Positions 28,850-38,564 of a stretch of 64,000 nucleotides of DNA are shown one piece after another. The stretch's first letter is position 1. Each line of letters begins with the position of its first letter. Source of the stretch: Spirochaetales bacterium (lineage in GTDB: Bacteria; Spirochaetota; Spirochaetia; SZUA-6); assembly GCA_027021365.1 (NCBI GenBank), contig JALUUM010000009.1, positions 537 to 64,536 on the forward strand, read 5' to 3'. The notes under the pieces are model-generated. The model was not told the origin of the DNA. It ran no database searches and saw only the letters and a list, made by a program, of their open reading frames with translations. Both the position numbers and the translations under genes were made by a program.

Positions 28850-29842
28850 CTACCGCCAGGAGTAGCTCTTAAGAAGAATGTCCTCGCTCTCGTTTTTCTT
28901 GGGGTCTATTCTTAACAGACCTATCTGCCTGCTCGATTTCTCACTGGTACCACCCACTATGTAGAGCATCCCATCGTAGGAAACCATGGCAACATCAGCC
29001 ATGCCTCTGGGAAGAGTCATCAATTTTTTTACCCGGAGTTCCCTACCGCTTTTCCGGCTTATCAGAAGAAGGCTGTCAAGCTCACTTCCGTCCCAGCCTC
29101 CTGCTATTACAATTCCCTCCTCCGTAATGGCACCGGCCATTCTGACCACGGGAGAGGGAAGTTTTCCCCTTTTCAGAACTCTCCAGCTTCCAAGCTCTAT
29201 CTCGATTACACTGTCCCTGTAATTCCTGTCCTCACCTTCCCCTCCTATTACAAAGATACTGTTACCCTTAACAACACTCGCATGGTGCTCGAGCTTTTCC
29301 GGGAGCCTTCCTGCTATGCGGCTCTCTCCTGCAACAGGGTCTATCTCCAGAATCGTATCCGTATAGGATTTTCCGTTCCACCCGCCAATATAGTAGAGCT
29401 TTCCTCCTGCAACAACCAGGGAACCGAAACATCTCGGTTCCGAAAGCTTCATTGCCACTTCCGTTCTTCTGGTTGTAAGGTCAAACCTTACCACCTCGTC
29501 GAAGTAACGCATCCCGTTAAAACCGCCGACGACATAGACAGCTCCCCCGAAGTATGCAGAGGCCGTCCCAAAACGGGGAGAGGGCAACGCGCCGGCATGT
29601 ATCAACCTGTTATTCCTTAAGTCTATTGCCAGAACATCATCGTAGACCCTGTTTCCTCGCCCCAGGCCACCGAAGATGTATATCCTTCCCGTAACCTCGA
29701 CGGCGGATATCCACTTTCTGGCAGTCCAGGGTTTGAATATCACGTGCCTTGCGCTGATACCTGCCAGGAGGAGAAGGCCTGCAAATACGGAAATGTAGAT
29801 GAGGATCGTTAACCTGTCCCTTTTCGTGAAGCTTTGAAACAT
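28850..29842 (-). CDS. Membrane-anchored Kelch-repeat protein
   Basis: N-terminal TM helix and six IYIFGG/VYVVGG/LYYIGG/IFVIGG/IVIAGG/LYIVGG repeats. Confidence 0.88.
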   Translation of the reverse strand: MFQSFTKRDRLTILIYISVFAGLLLLAGISARHVIFKPWTARKWISAVEVTGRIYIFGGLGRGNRVYDDVLAIDLRNNRLIHAGALPSPRFGTASAYFGGAVYVVGGFNGMRYFDEVVRFDLTTRRTEVAMKLSEPRCFGSLVVAGGKLYYIGGWNGKSYTDTILEIDPVAGESRIAGRLPEKLEHHASVVKGNSIFVIGGEGEDRNYRDSVIEIELGSWRVLKRGKLPSPVVRMAGAITEEGIVIAGGWDGSELDSLLLISRKSGRELRVKKLMTLPRGMADVAMVSYDGMLYIVGGTSEKSSRQIGLLRIDPKKNESEDILLKSYSWR

Positions 29843-29950
29843 CCGCCCTTAAAATATAACAGCCCGAGATTGTAACTATCAACAATATATGATAAAAACA
29901 TCTTATGTTAATAATACACGTAATACACGGCCTTAAGGAGGGCTATTAGA

Positions 29951-31117
29951 ATGAGATACGAAGGTGTATCGATATTTACAGGGAAACCTGTCTCCGTGAC
30001 CGTAGAGGGAGGTTTCATTTCTCAGGTAACCGAGCTTGATACGAGGGACAAGCTTCCCTATATCTCACCCGGGTTTTTAGACATGCAGGTAAATGGCTAT
30101 GTGGGAAGCGATTACAGCCTGGAGGATTTCAACGAGGAACACCTTGGAAGTATAATTGAAAGCCTTGCAAAATCGGGAACCACCCAGCATGTTCCAACCA
30201 TTGTATCCAGCCCGCAGGAACTCATAGTGAAAAACCTAAAGGTTATTTCAGGCGCCATGGAAAGGCACCCTGAAATTGCAGATGCCATTTCAGGGATTCA
30301 CATAGAGGGCCCCTACATCTCATCGGAAGACGGGCCGAGGGGAGCCCACGATCCAAGGTATGTGAGGGACCCCAGTATCGACGAGTACAGGGAATGGCAG
30401 GAATCAAGCGGAGGTCGGATTTCCATTGTTACGCTTGCACCGGAGAGGAAAGGAGCAATCGATTTTATTAAGCTGATAGTCTCGGAAGGGGTTACGGCTT
30501 CTCTGGGACACACTGGGGCCTCGCCGGAGCAGATAAACGAGGCTGTCGATGCGGGTGCAAGCCTTTCCACCCATCTTGGAAACGGAAGCTATGCCGTTAT
30601 ACCGCGGTTAAAAAACTACATCTGGGAACAGCTTGCAAGGGACGAGCTTACAATTGGGGTGATATCGGACGGCTTTCACCTTCCCCCTTCCGTTGTAAAA
30701 GTCTTTCTCCGTGTCAAGGGATACGATAGAATGATACTTGTTAGCGATGTTGCCCTTCTGGGCGGGATGAAGCCCGGTATCTACAAGTGGGGAAACCTCG
30801 ACGTGCAGGTCTACGATGACGGGCACCTGGGTCTTCCCGGTACCGAGTACCTTGCCGGTGCCGGACATCTGTTGGACTGGGACCTGGCGCACTTTATGCG
30901 ATTTACCGGTAGCAGCCTTAAGGATGCCATAGGCCTCTGTACTCTGAACCCGGCAAGGGTACTCGGCCTGGGGAAGTCTTATAAGTCATACGGAAAGCTG
31001 GAGGCTGGCGCGCCTGCCAATATCGTTCTCTTTGAATATAACACCGGGGATGAAAGGCTTGAAATACTGAAAACCGTTACAATGGGGAGGGAAGTTTTTA
31101 ACGCACCTGGACGATAA
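29951..31117 (+). CDS. nagA: N-acetylglucosamine-6-phosphate deacetylase
   Basis: PGFLDMQVNG, GIHIEGPYIS, RGAH, TLAPE, SLGHT, THLGNG, DGFH and LVSD motifs. Confidence 0.85.
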   Translation: MRYEGVSIFTGKPVSVTVEGGFISQVTELDTRDKLPYISPGFLDMQVNGYVGSDYSLEDFNEEHLGSIIESLAKSGTTQHVPTIVSSPQELIVKNLKVISGAMERHPEIADAISGIHIEGPYISSEDGPRGAHDPRYVRDPSIDEYREWQESSGGRISIVTLAPERKGAIDFIKLIVSEGVTASLGHTGASPEQINEAVDAGASLSTHLGNGSYAVIPRLKNYIWEQLARDELTIGVISDGFHLPPSVVKVFLRVKGYDRMILVSDVALLGGMKPGIYKWGNLDVQVYDDGHLGLPGTEYLAGAGHLLDWDLAHFMRFTGSSLKDAIGLCTLNPARVLGLGKSYKSYGKLEAGAPANIVLFEYNTGDERLEILKTVTMGREVFNAPGR

Positions 31118-31199
31118 GACTCTGCCCCAACTGGAACTTTAACCGATAACTGGTCGCGATAGCCCCGTTTACCCGACAGCCCCTTTCACCCTAAAACGT

Positions 31200-32387
31200 T
31201 CACCCGATAAAGCGTTTTTTTGCACCCTCTGTCAATTTCTTCAGCAGAGCGGCAGGATTTTTCACCTTGGAGAGCAGCATGAATGCCGCTATCACGTACG
31301 GCTTGTAGCCGGCCTCCATGTAGGTTTCCTTTCTGTACCTGTCAAAAACGGAGGCTTCAACCTCTCCATGTTCACAGCTCACGCCGGATATATCCGCAGG
31401 AAGGCAGTGCATGTAGAGGGCATTGTTCGTTTTCTTCATAAGCTCCTCGGTGCACTCCCAGTCCATGAAACGCTTGTTGTTTTCCAGTGCCTTTCTCTCC
31501 AGCTCTTCCAGGCCCTTCGTATCTTTCTCCTTGAGAAGTGCAGTCCTCTCCTCCATTACCTCATACGGCGCCCAGCTTTTAGGATAAACCGCATCGGCCC
31601 CGTTAAAAGCCTCTTCCATCGAATTGGTAACCTGAAAGGTGCCGCCCGTCTTTCTGCTGTTTTCCTCTGCCAGTGTCTCTATCTCCGGAATAAGGTGGTA
31701 GCCTTCAGGATATGCAAGTGAAACATTCATACCAAAACGTGTCATAAGACCTATTATTCCCTGGGGCACCGAAAGGGGCTTTCCATAGGAGGGAGAATAT
31801 GCCCATGTCATTGCAATCTTCTTGCCCTTGAGGTTCTCGATTCCCCCGAAGTAGTTAATGAGGTGGGCAAGGTCTGCAAGTGACTGGGTGGGGTGGTCTA
31901 TATCACTCTGGAGGTTTACAAGTACCGGTATCTGGGGAAGCACCCCGTCTCTGTAGCCCTCCCTCACCGCCTTTGAAACTGATTCCATGTAGCTGTGGCC
32001 CTCGCCTAAAAAGATGTCATCCCTTATTCCAATGACTTCCGTAAGGAATGAAATCATGTTGGCAGTCTCCCTTACGGTCTCACCATGGGCAACCTGCGTC
32101 TTTGTTTCATCGAGGTCCTGAACGGCCAGGCCAAGAAGGTTTGCGGCACCCATAAAACTGAACCTCGTTCTTGTGGACTTGTCCCTGAAAATTGAAACTG
32201 CAAGGCCCGAGTCGAATATCCTGGAAGAGATATTCTTAAGCCGCATTTCCTTAAGAATGCCTGCTGTCTTGATTATTGCCTCTATCTCTGTCTCGCTCTT
32301 CTCCCAGGTAAGAAGAAGATCAGATTGAAACAGATTCTTGTAATTAAGATTCTCAAGTTCTTCTATCAAAGCTGGTAGTTCTTTCAT
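31200..32387 (-). CDS. ygeW: Knotted carbamoyltransferase YgeW
   Basis: FRDKSTRT, HGETVRETANMISF, DHPTQ, WAYSPSYGKPLSVPQG and HCLPADISGVSC motifs. Confidence 0.95.
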   Translation of the reverse strand: MKELPALIEELENLNYKNLFQSDLLLTWEKSETEIEAIIKTAGILKEMRLKNISSRIFDSGLAVSIFRDKSTRTRFSFMGAANLLGLAVQDLDETKTQVAHGETVRETANMISFLTEVIGIRDDIFLGEGHSYMESVSKAVREGYRDGVLPQIPVLVNLQSDIDHPTQSLADLAHLINYFGGIENLKGKKIAMTWAYSPSYGKPLSVPQGIIGLMTRFGMNVSLAYPEGYHLIPEIETLAEENSRKTGGTFQVTNSMEEAFNGADAVYPKSWAPYEVMEERTALLKEKDTKGLEELERKALENNKRFMDWECTEELMKKTNNALYMHCLPADISGVSCEHGEVEASVFDRYRKETYMEAGYKPYVIAAFMLLSKVKNPAALLKKLTEGAKKRFIG

Positions 32388-32405
32388 AGGATACTTCCTC
32401 CAAAT

Positions 32406-33779
32406 CTATATATTCTCTAACAGTTTAAATGATATCTGATTTGCCTTTTCCTTTATCTCGTCTTCGTCTGCATTTTTAAGTTTTCCCTTCTCGACCACAA
32501 CCTTTCCGTTTACTATTGTGTATTCCGCCCCGTGATTGTAGCCTGCAAATACAAGGGCCGCCACAGGATCGGAGAGGGAACCTGCATACTCCAGCTTGTC
32601 GATATCAAAGAGCGCTAAGTCTGCTGCATAACCTTCTTCTATCCTTCCCGTTTTTTCAAAGCCAAGTATCTTTGCACCGTTCTCCGTTCCCAGCTTTATG
32701 GCCTCTCTTGCCGAAAGTGCATCCGAACCGTATTTTACACGCTGAAGAAGCATGGCATTCCTTACCTCTCCAAGCATATCGGATGAGTCATTCGAGGCAG
32801 AGCCGTCCACACCAAGGCCCACTGTTATCCCCTTCTCTATCATCTCCTTTACCCTTGCAATTCCGGAACCAAGCCTCATGTTTGATGTGGGACAGTGGGC
32901 AATTGAAGTTCCCGTTTCCTTGAGCCTTTCAAGCTCTTCATCGTTAAAGTGGATTCCATGGGCGTAGAAAACATCATCACCGATAAACTCGTACTTTTCC
33001 ATGAACTCCAGGGGCCTTATACCGAGGTTGTTAAGGCAGTAGTCATCCTCGTCCCTCGTTTCTGCCAGGTGAGTATGGAGTTTTACACCGTACTTCCTTG
33101 CAAGCCTTGCAGAATCCCTTAAGAGTTCGGGGCTCACTGAAAAGGGGCTGCAGGGGGCAAGGATAACCCTCTGCATGGAAAGTTCATCCGGGTCATGGTA
33201 CCTTTCTATAACCCTTTCACTATCCTTAAGAATTTCCTCCTCCTCCTGCACAACAGAATCAGGGGGAAGCCCTCCGTCCTTCTTGCTCCTGGACATGGAA
33301 CCCCTTGTCGGTGTGAACCTTATTCCAAGTTTGCCCGCCGCTTCGAACTGGATTCCCATAAGGTCACCGCTGAAACCCTTTGGATAGAGGTAGTGGTGAT
33401 CGGTGGTACAGGTAGCTCCCGTTTTAAGAAGCTCAGCCACGGCAAGCTGGGTGGAATAGTAAACAGCCTCTTCGTCTATCCCCTTCCATACCTCGTAAAG
33501 GTAGACGAGCCAGTCGAAGAGCTTTGCATTCTGTACTTCCGGTATGTTCCTTGTAAGTGTCTGGTAGAAGTGATGATGAGTATTTACGAGCCCGGGAAGG
33601 GCGACCATCCCGTTACAGTCTATCGTTGTAGTTTCAGTTTCGCCGGCCGGTTTTTCATCGGCTTCAAGCTTCTTACCGACTCTTACGATTCGATTTCCCT
33701 TTATAAGAATGTCACAATCGGGAATCCCACCCTTTTCGAATGACATATAAACGTAATTACAGTTCTTTAAAAGTAACAT
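32406..33779 (-). CDS. 8-oxoguanine deaminase (amidohydrolase family)
   Basis: THHHFYQTLTR, LFDWL, TTDHHY, APCSPFS signature, HTHLAE, HCPTSNMRL and VDGSASND. Confidence 0.85.
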   Translation of the reverse strand: MLLLKNCNYVYMSFEKGGIPDCDILIKGNRIVRVGKKLEADEKPAGETETTTIDCNGMVALPGLVNTHHHFYQTLTRNIPEVQNAKLFDWLVYLYEVWKGIDEEAVYYSTQLAVAELLKTGATCTTDHHYLYPKGFSGDLMGIQFEAAGKLGIRFTPTRGSMSRSKKDGGLPPDSVVQEEEEILKDSERVIERYHDPDELSMQRVILAPCSPFSVSPELLRDSARLARKYGVKLHTHLAETRDEDDYCLNNLGIRPLEFMEKYEFIGDDVFYAHGIHFNDEELERLKETGTSIAHCPTSNMRLGSGIARVKEMIEKGITVGLGVDGSASNDSSDMLGEVRNAMLLQRVKYGSDALSAREAIKLGTENGAKILGFEKTGRIEEGYAADLALFDIDKLEYAGSLSDPVAALVFAGYNHGAEYTIVNGKVVVEKGKLKNADEDEIKEKANQISFKLLENI

Positions 33780-33780
33780 G

Positions 33781-34773
33781 TTATTTACACAGCTCCACTA
33801 TGAATTCCTTAAGGAGTGACAGGGAAACCTCTTTTCTGTATGCAGCCCTGGACCGCTGGTCGTCAATAGGTGTTATCAGGTCGGAATACAGATAGACTGA
33901 CCTTTCTTTAATCTTTTCTATAATCCTTCCTGCATTGTGGCTGCCATTTTCCCCACCGTTTCCCTTTCCTTTTCCACCTTTCTCGTTAAGTACTTCCAGC
34001 AGCGCTTCTTCGTTTTCCCTTGAACGAACCACCGTAGGAGCAACCGCTCCGAAGGCTATTCGAAGGTCTGAGATTTTTTTGCCGGGTTTGCCTTTACCGA
34101 CCCCATCCGCGGAAACAGAATGGCTGGAGTATCCGGAGCGGCCAGAGTGGGCGGGGTTTTTTATTGCAAGGCCCATAAAGCTTACCTTCGACAGGGCATT
34201 GGCCCTTCTTGTTCCGACTTTCCTGTAGAAGGTCGAGGTAAAATCGATCTTCTCAAATGATACGGATATCAAGAGTTCATCCTGGCCAAGCTCCGTCTTT
34301 CCCGGGCCTTTAATAAATTCTTCTATTTTAACCTTTCTCTTTCCGTCGGGACCTACCAGCGTTAAAACCGCATTAAGACAGTAAAGCGGTACCAGCGTAT
34401 CACCTGCCGGCGATGCGTTACAGATATTTCCCCCTATCGTTGCCATGTTTCTTATCCCGGGAGCAGCTATCTCACCGATTACCTCTTTGACATACTTAGG
34501 TATGATTTCACTCTTCAACAACTCTGAAAAAGTGGTAAGGGCTCCAATCTCTATAAAGGCTTTTCCTGCTTCCTCTCTCTCCTTAACGAATCGAAGCTCC
34601 GAAAGTTTTCCAAGGAGAATCACATTGCTTTTGAAATCGGGAAGCATGCCTGAGGGACGGCGGTACTTGACCATTAAATCAGTGCCACCCGCAAGGGGCA
34701 CAGCTTGCTCGCTTGCTCGAATCGAGATGGCCTCTTCCAGGTTTTCTGGTGTAAATACTTCTATCCCCTTCAT
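33781..34773 (-). CDS. Xanthine dehydrogenase-family FAD-binding subunit
   Basis: [32 protein letters not shown] and PIDDQRS motifs. Confidence 0.92.
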   Translation of the reverse strand: MKGIEVFTPENLEEAISIRASEQAVPLAGGTDLMVKYRRPSGMLPDFKSNVILLGKLSELRFVKEREEAGKAFIEIGALTTFSELLKSEIIPKYVKEVIGEIAAPGIRNMATIGGNICNASPAGDTLVPLYCLNAVLTLVGPDGKRKVKIEEFIKGPGKTELGQDELLISVSFEKIDFTSTFYRKVGTRRANALSKVSFMGLAIKNPAHSGRSGYSSHSVSADGVGKGKPGKKISDLRIAFGAVAPTVVRSRENEEALLEVLNEKGGKGKGNGGENGSHNAGRIIEKIKERSVYLYSDLITPIDDQRSRAAYRKEVSLSLLKEFIVELCK

Positions 34774-35276
34774 TTCTTCGCCTCGCTCTTCCAAAGCTCA
34801 GAAGCCTCCCTGGAAGCCTTTTCTATACCGGATACAATGGACTGGTATCCCGTACATCTGCAGAGGTTACCGGAAATCCCCTCTCTTATATCCCTTTCAT
34901 CCGGTTCCGGGTTCTCGGAGAGTAGGGCTTCCGCCGCAATAACGAATCCAGGGGTACAGAAACCGCACTGCACGGCAGAGCTTTCTGCCATGGAATCCTC
35001 CAACACCTTATACCTCTCTGTCTTTCTGTAACCTTCGATCGTCGTAACTTCATGGCCTGAGACTGTGCCTACAGGGACGATGCAGGAATTTACTATTTTA
35101 CCATCCAGTAGTACCGAACATGCCCCGCATTCACCCTCTCCGCATCCCTCCTTGACCCCGGTAAGGCCGAAGTCATACCTAAGAACATCTAAGAGACGCT
35201 TTAACGGATGAACCTCTATAGAGACCATTTCTCCGTTTAATCTAAAGGTTATTTCTTGTGTTTTACCCGATTTCAT
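34770..35276 (-). CDS. Xanthine dehydrogenase-family (2Fe-2S) subunit
   Basis: [21 protein letters not shown] and GNLCRCTGY motifs. Confidence 0.95.
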   Translation of the reverse strand: MKSGKTQEITFRLNGEMVSIEVHPLKRLLDVLRYDFGLTGVKEGCGEGECGACSVLLDGKIVNSCIVPVGTVSGHEVTTIEGYRKTERYKVLEDSMAESSAVQCGFCTPGFVIAAEALLSENPEPDERDIREGISGNLCRCTGYQSIVSGIEKASREASELWKSEAKK

Positions 35277-35366
35277 GATGGCAGGAACCTGTTATTTGAT
35301 TTTTTCATTGCAGAGACGATTATAAAACAGCTTAGCAATTCTTGCAATGCTGTTTGAATGTATACT

Positions 35367-36080
35367 TTATGCTATTTTATATATGGATTTACCACCTTTA
35401 CGAGTTTTTTGAATTATTCCCTTTCTTATAAGGCTGCTTATGCTTCTGGATAGTGAGGGCCTTTCTACTCCGAAATAGGCGGCAAGGTTTTCCAGTTTGA
35501 CAGGTAGAGTTATTTCTTCTTCGCCGTTTTTCTCTTTAATCAAGGCAAGATAATTTATAAATTTCTCTTCAATAGTATTCAAAGTTAAAAAGGATACTCT
35601 TTCGGATAACGATATAACCATCTCTGATACGATACCTAAGAGATTCCTTGTAAAAAGAAGCGAACTTGATATTAAATAATTAAGGTCTTTTTCCGGTATA
35701 ACAATAAATTGTGTTGTCTCGATTTTATTGTTGGTATTTTTTTCAGATTGATGTTTACCAACCGTTTTTATTGTAACCGGGCTGATTTTGTTTTTTGAAA
35801 AAAAGGTAGCCGGGGCTACTATAAAAGGTGCTGTTAGGTGACCGATCTGGATTACCCTGCCATTATAACCGGTAATTTCGGAGATACAGGAACCCTTTAC
35901 TAAAATGAGTAGCTCTCTATATACATCACCCTGTAAAATAATAACGGAATCATCTCTATAGTTCTGAAAACGAATAGAGGAACCAGAGATAATTTTATTA
36001 AGCTGATCTGTATTGAAACCTTTAAAAAGCTCTACATTGGATAGAATCTCTGCCAATTTGTTTTTTTGTTTATTTTTCAT
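35367..36080 (-). CDS. Crp/Fnr-family regulator (HcpR-like)
   Basis: cNMP-binding fold plus the HTH LAAYFGVERPSLSRSIS typical of HcpR-type proteins. Start taken at MKNK. Confidence 0.85.
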   Translation of the reverse strand: MKNKQKNKLAEILSNVELFKGFNTDQLNKIISGSSIRFQNYRDDSVIILQGDVYRELLILVKGSCISEITGYNGRVIQIGHLTAPFIVAPATFFSKNKISPVTIKTVGKHQSEKNTNNKIETTQFIVIPEKDLNYLISSSLLFTRNLLGIVSEMVISLSERVSFLTLNTIEEKFINYLALIKEKNGEEEITLPVKLENLAAYFGVERPSLSRSISSLIRKGIIQKTRKGGKSIYKIA

Positions 36081-36086
36081 TTTAAT

Positions 36087-36102
36087 TGTAACAAATGTTA
36101 CA
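36087..36102. promoter_or_regulatory. Crp/Fnr (HcpR2-type) palindromic operator
   Basis: Perfect TGTAAC-AAAT-GTTACA between divergent genes, with TATACT -10 at 36124-36129. Confidence 0.75.
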
Positions 36103-36169
36103 TACCTCGTTGTTTTTTGTAAATATACTGAAGTCAAAATCTATCAAACCCTATGTAGGAGGAGTTTTT

Positions 36170-36646
36170 ATGGGAAACCCTGTTGTTTACGGCCTTATTA
36201 AGTCTTTGCATGATCTAAGTTCAATTGTCTGGATAGGAAGCCTGTTCTTTATAAGTCTCTTTTTAATTCCGGCAGCTAATTTAATTACGGAAAAAGAGAA
36301 AAGAACAGAAATTCTTAACAGTATTTTCGATAAACTTACCTATTTTGTCATTGCTTCTATTATTTTACTTGCAATTACCGGAATTCTTGAACACAACTTT
36401 GCACGGATACATGCCCTAAAAAATAGTGTAGAGCTGGCACCGGCATATAAAATTATTCACCTTATCAAGTATCTACTAACAGGTCTTATGGTCCTTTTTG
36501 CAGTATTAAGACAGATAATGAGAAAAAAGGCAAAAGGGAATAACATCAATAAAAAGGCTAAAAACCCCTTTTTATTAATCTACATCAACAGCTTTCTCGG
36601 ACTAATAGTCGTTCTATTAAGCGGCATCCTCGCTGCTCTCGCATAA
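36170..36646 (+). CDS. CopD/DUF4149-like four-helix membrane protein
   Basis: AGGAGG RBS, LHDLSSIVWIGSLFF, LLAITG and HLIK motifs; 4 TM segments. Confidence 0.7.
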   Translation: MGNPVVYGLIKSLHDLSSIVWIGSLFFISLFLIPAANLITEKEKRTEILNSIFDKLTYFVIASIILLAITGILEHNFARIHALKNSVELAPAYKIIHLIKYLLTGLMVLFAVLRQIMRKKAKGNNINKKAKNPFLLIYINSFLGLIVVLLSGILAALA

Positions 36647-37214
36647 CAGTTTAATGTTGTTTATCGAAATTAAAACTTTGTTCGTACATGATTCCAGCAC
36701 ACAACCTATGAATAATACGATTATGGAGGAAGACATTACATTTACCAAACATGTTTAAAACAAGCCGGATATACATGCAGAGTTGCTAGACCTTAATAAA
36801 GCTGAATGCCTCTTTTACGATTTTGGCCTTGCGACTCCCGATTATTTTTTCTACCATTCACTATTTCAAACAACCTTTAAAATGAGGAATAACAAAAGCC
36901 CTTACCATCGGATACAATATATTTACCATGTACCTTGAGGAGATGTTTTCGTATATAATTTTGGTATGCTTATGGTTTTTAATGTATACGCAGTTCTTGC
37001 ACGAAGATATATTCCGCTGTAGAATCTATGTTAGTGAGCAGAAAATCGTATAAGGGTTCCTCCTTAAATTATATGGTTTTGTGCTATAATTTTGCCATAC
37101 TCGAGCAGAAGACCTTAACAAGTGTGAAAATAGTCCATTTTACCATTTGTTTGCTACGTTCCTTGGTTGCAATTGAAAATTAATGTTAGGCTAGTATATA
37201 GGAGGCAATAAACC

Positions 37215-37583
37215 ATGAAAATTCGGGCTCGCCATCTCATATCGATCTGGCTGTTTGGATTCCTTCTTTCATTAGTGATTCAAAGCCTGTTCCAAGGCTG
37301 GTTCGCTGCGGTTACGGTTTGGGGGCGAAATGTCGGATGGCAAACCGAGATTGCAATTTGGAATGCTGGAATGTCTTTGGTTCTTATCGGGTTATTTCGC
37401 CAATCTGAATCTGTACAGGCCAAGGTAATTCCCGGCCTTGTCATATTGTCACTAGCATTGGGTATAAACCACCTTCTTGTTGCTATCAGCAAAGCCGGCT
37501 ACTTCGGTAATTGGCTGGGAGCGAGTTTGAACTTTGGAGGTGTATTGCTTGCTGTTCTCTACTTTCTTGGCCAGCGACGGTAA
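37215..37583 (+). CDS. Small four-TM hypothetical membrane protein
   Basis: AGGAGG RBS, WGRNVGWQTEIAIWN and LGINH motifs. Confidence 0.75.
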   Translation: MKIRARHLISIWLFGFLLSLVIQSLFQGWFAAVTVWGRNVGWQTEIAIWNAGMSLVLIGLFRQSESVQAKVIPGLVILSLALGINHLLVAISKAGYFGNWLGASLNFGGVLLAVLYFLGQRR

Positions 37584-37699
37584 GCTCTGGTTTAAACCAC
37601 TCACAAACTTTTGATTTTAAGGATTAGGATTATATGAAAGCAAAACCTCGTAAACAGACTACCTATCGAGATAAATCCACTGGTCACGGGTAATCAGGC

Positions 37700-38358
37700 C
37701 TGAATTTTCTCTCAAATACTCCTTTATGGCCATACCGATGCAACGGTTTAAAGACATCCTTTTTTCCCGCATCTGTACAGTTTGTCGGAAAAACTTCTCG
37801 TATATCTAAGCTAACCAACCAGGATATTTTGACTTTTCAATCCCGTTTCACTGTTTACAACACCGACAAGAATACCCGCCCCGAAATGAACATACAAGAA
37901 TGTTTTTCAGGTTACGCCCCTTACCAAATATTCACTCAGCCATAATCATGGCATCTATTCTTGAGCCTTTTGAAAATTCAACCTTAAAATCCTTCTTTAA
38001 CCGCGGGAGAACTGGAATTGGGCTTTCTTTCTCCAGATATCCCGTAAAAAAATATACAACCTTTCCGGCAAAATCAATTATTGTACCCTGTATGTGCTCT
38101 CCCTCTATCATTATGCCGCCGTAATAATTATAGTCGTTGTTAATCTTGAAATATGTCAGAGGACAGCCACCGGCTTGCTTTCTCTGGTCTTCTACTATTT
38201 TTCCTTCATCTATCAGCTCGTTTATTATCGTGGAGATGAAATTGGGATGTATATCAAAATGCCTGATAAAATCTTTCCTGCACTTTCCACTGTAGAAAAT
38301 CTCCTCGGGGACCTCATTCTTCTGGTATCTTATATTTATATGTTAATTTACTTACCAC
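37700..38358 (-). pseudogene. Degraded ROK-family (NagC/XylR-like) repressor
   Basis: The minus frame reads ISTIINELIDEGKIVE..GGCP..INND..GTIIDFAGKVV...DAMIMAE*IFGKGRN, then frameshifts to FLYVHFGAGI. An internal deletion is apparent; the ends are approximate. Confidence 0.7.
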
Positions 38359-38564
38359 AATAATCTCAGGAATAAAATCTGTAAATATTACATTTAGGAA
38401 CAAAAAATTAATCTGAAAATTGCTTTATTTTGCCTGAAATAAAGGATTTCTATATATCCTTAAAACAGATCGAACCTTGACATATTTCATTTGTCTATGT
38501 AAGCTCCACTTTCAGGTTGCTTTGTATAGATAATCTGTAAAAACAGGTAGTGTAGGAAGTCATT

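Noticed and set aside
29884-29912. dif-like site (TTATGTTAATA)
   Set aside because: The spacer is 7 bp rather than 6 and the XerC arm is poor; it is more likely AT-rich promoter sequence of nagA.
37900-38363. Plus-strand ORFs of 74 and 89 aa
   Set aside because: They are antisense to the ROK pseudogene and have no recognisable features.
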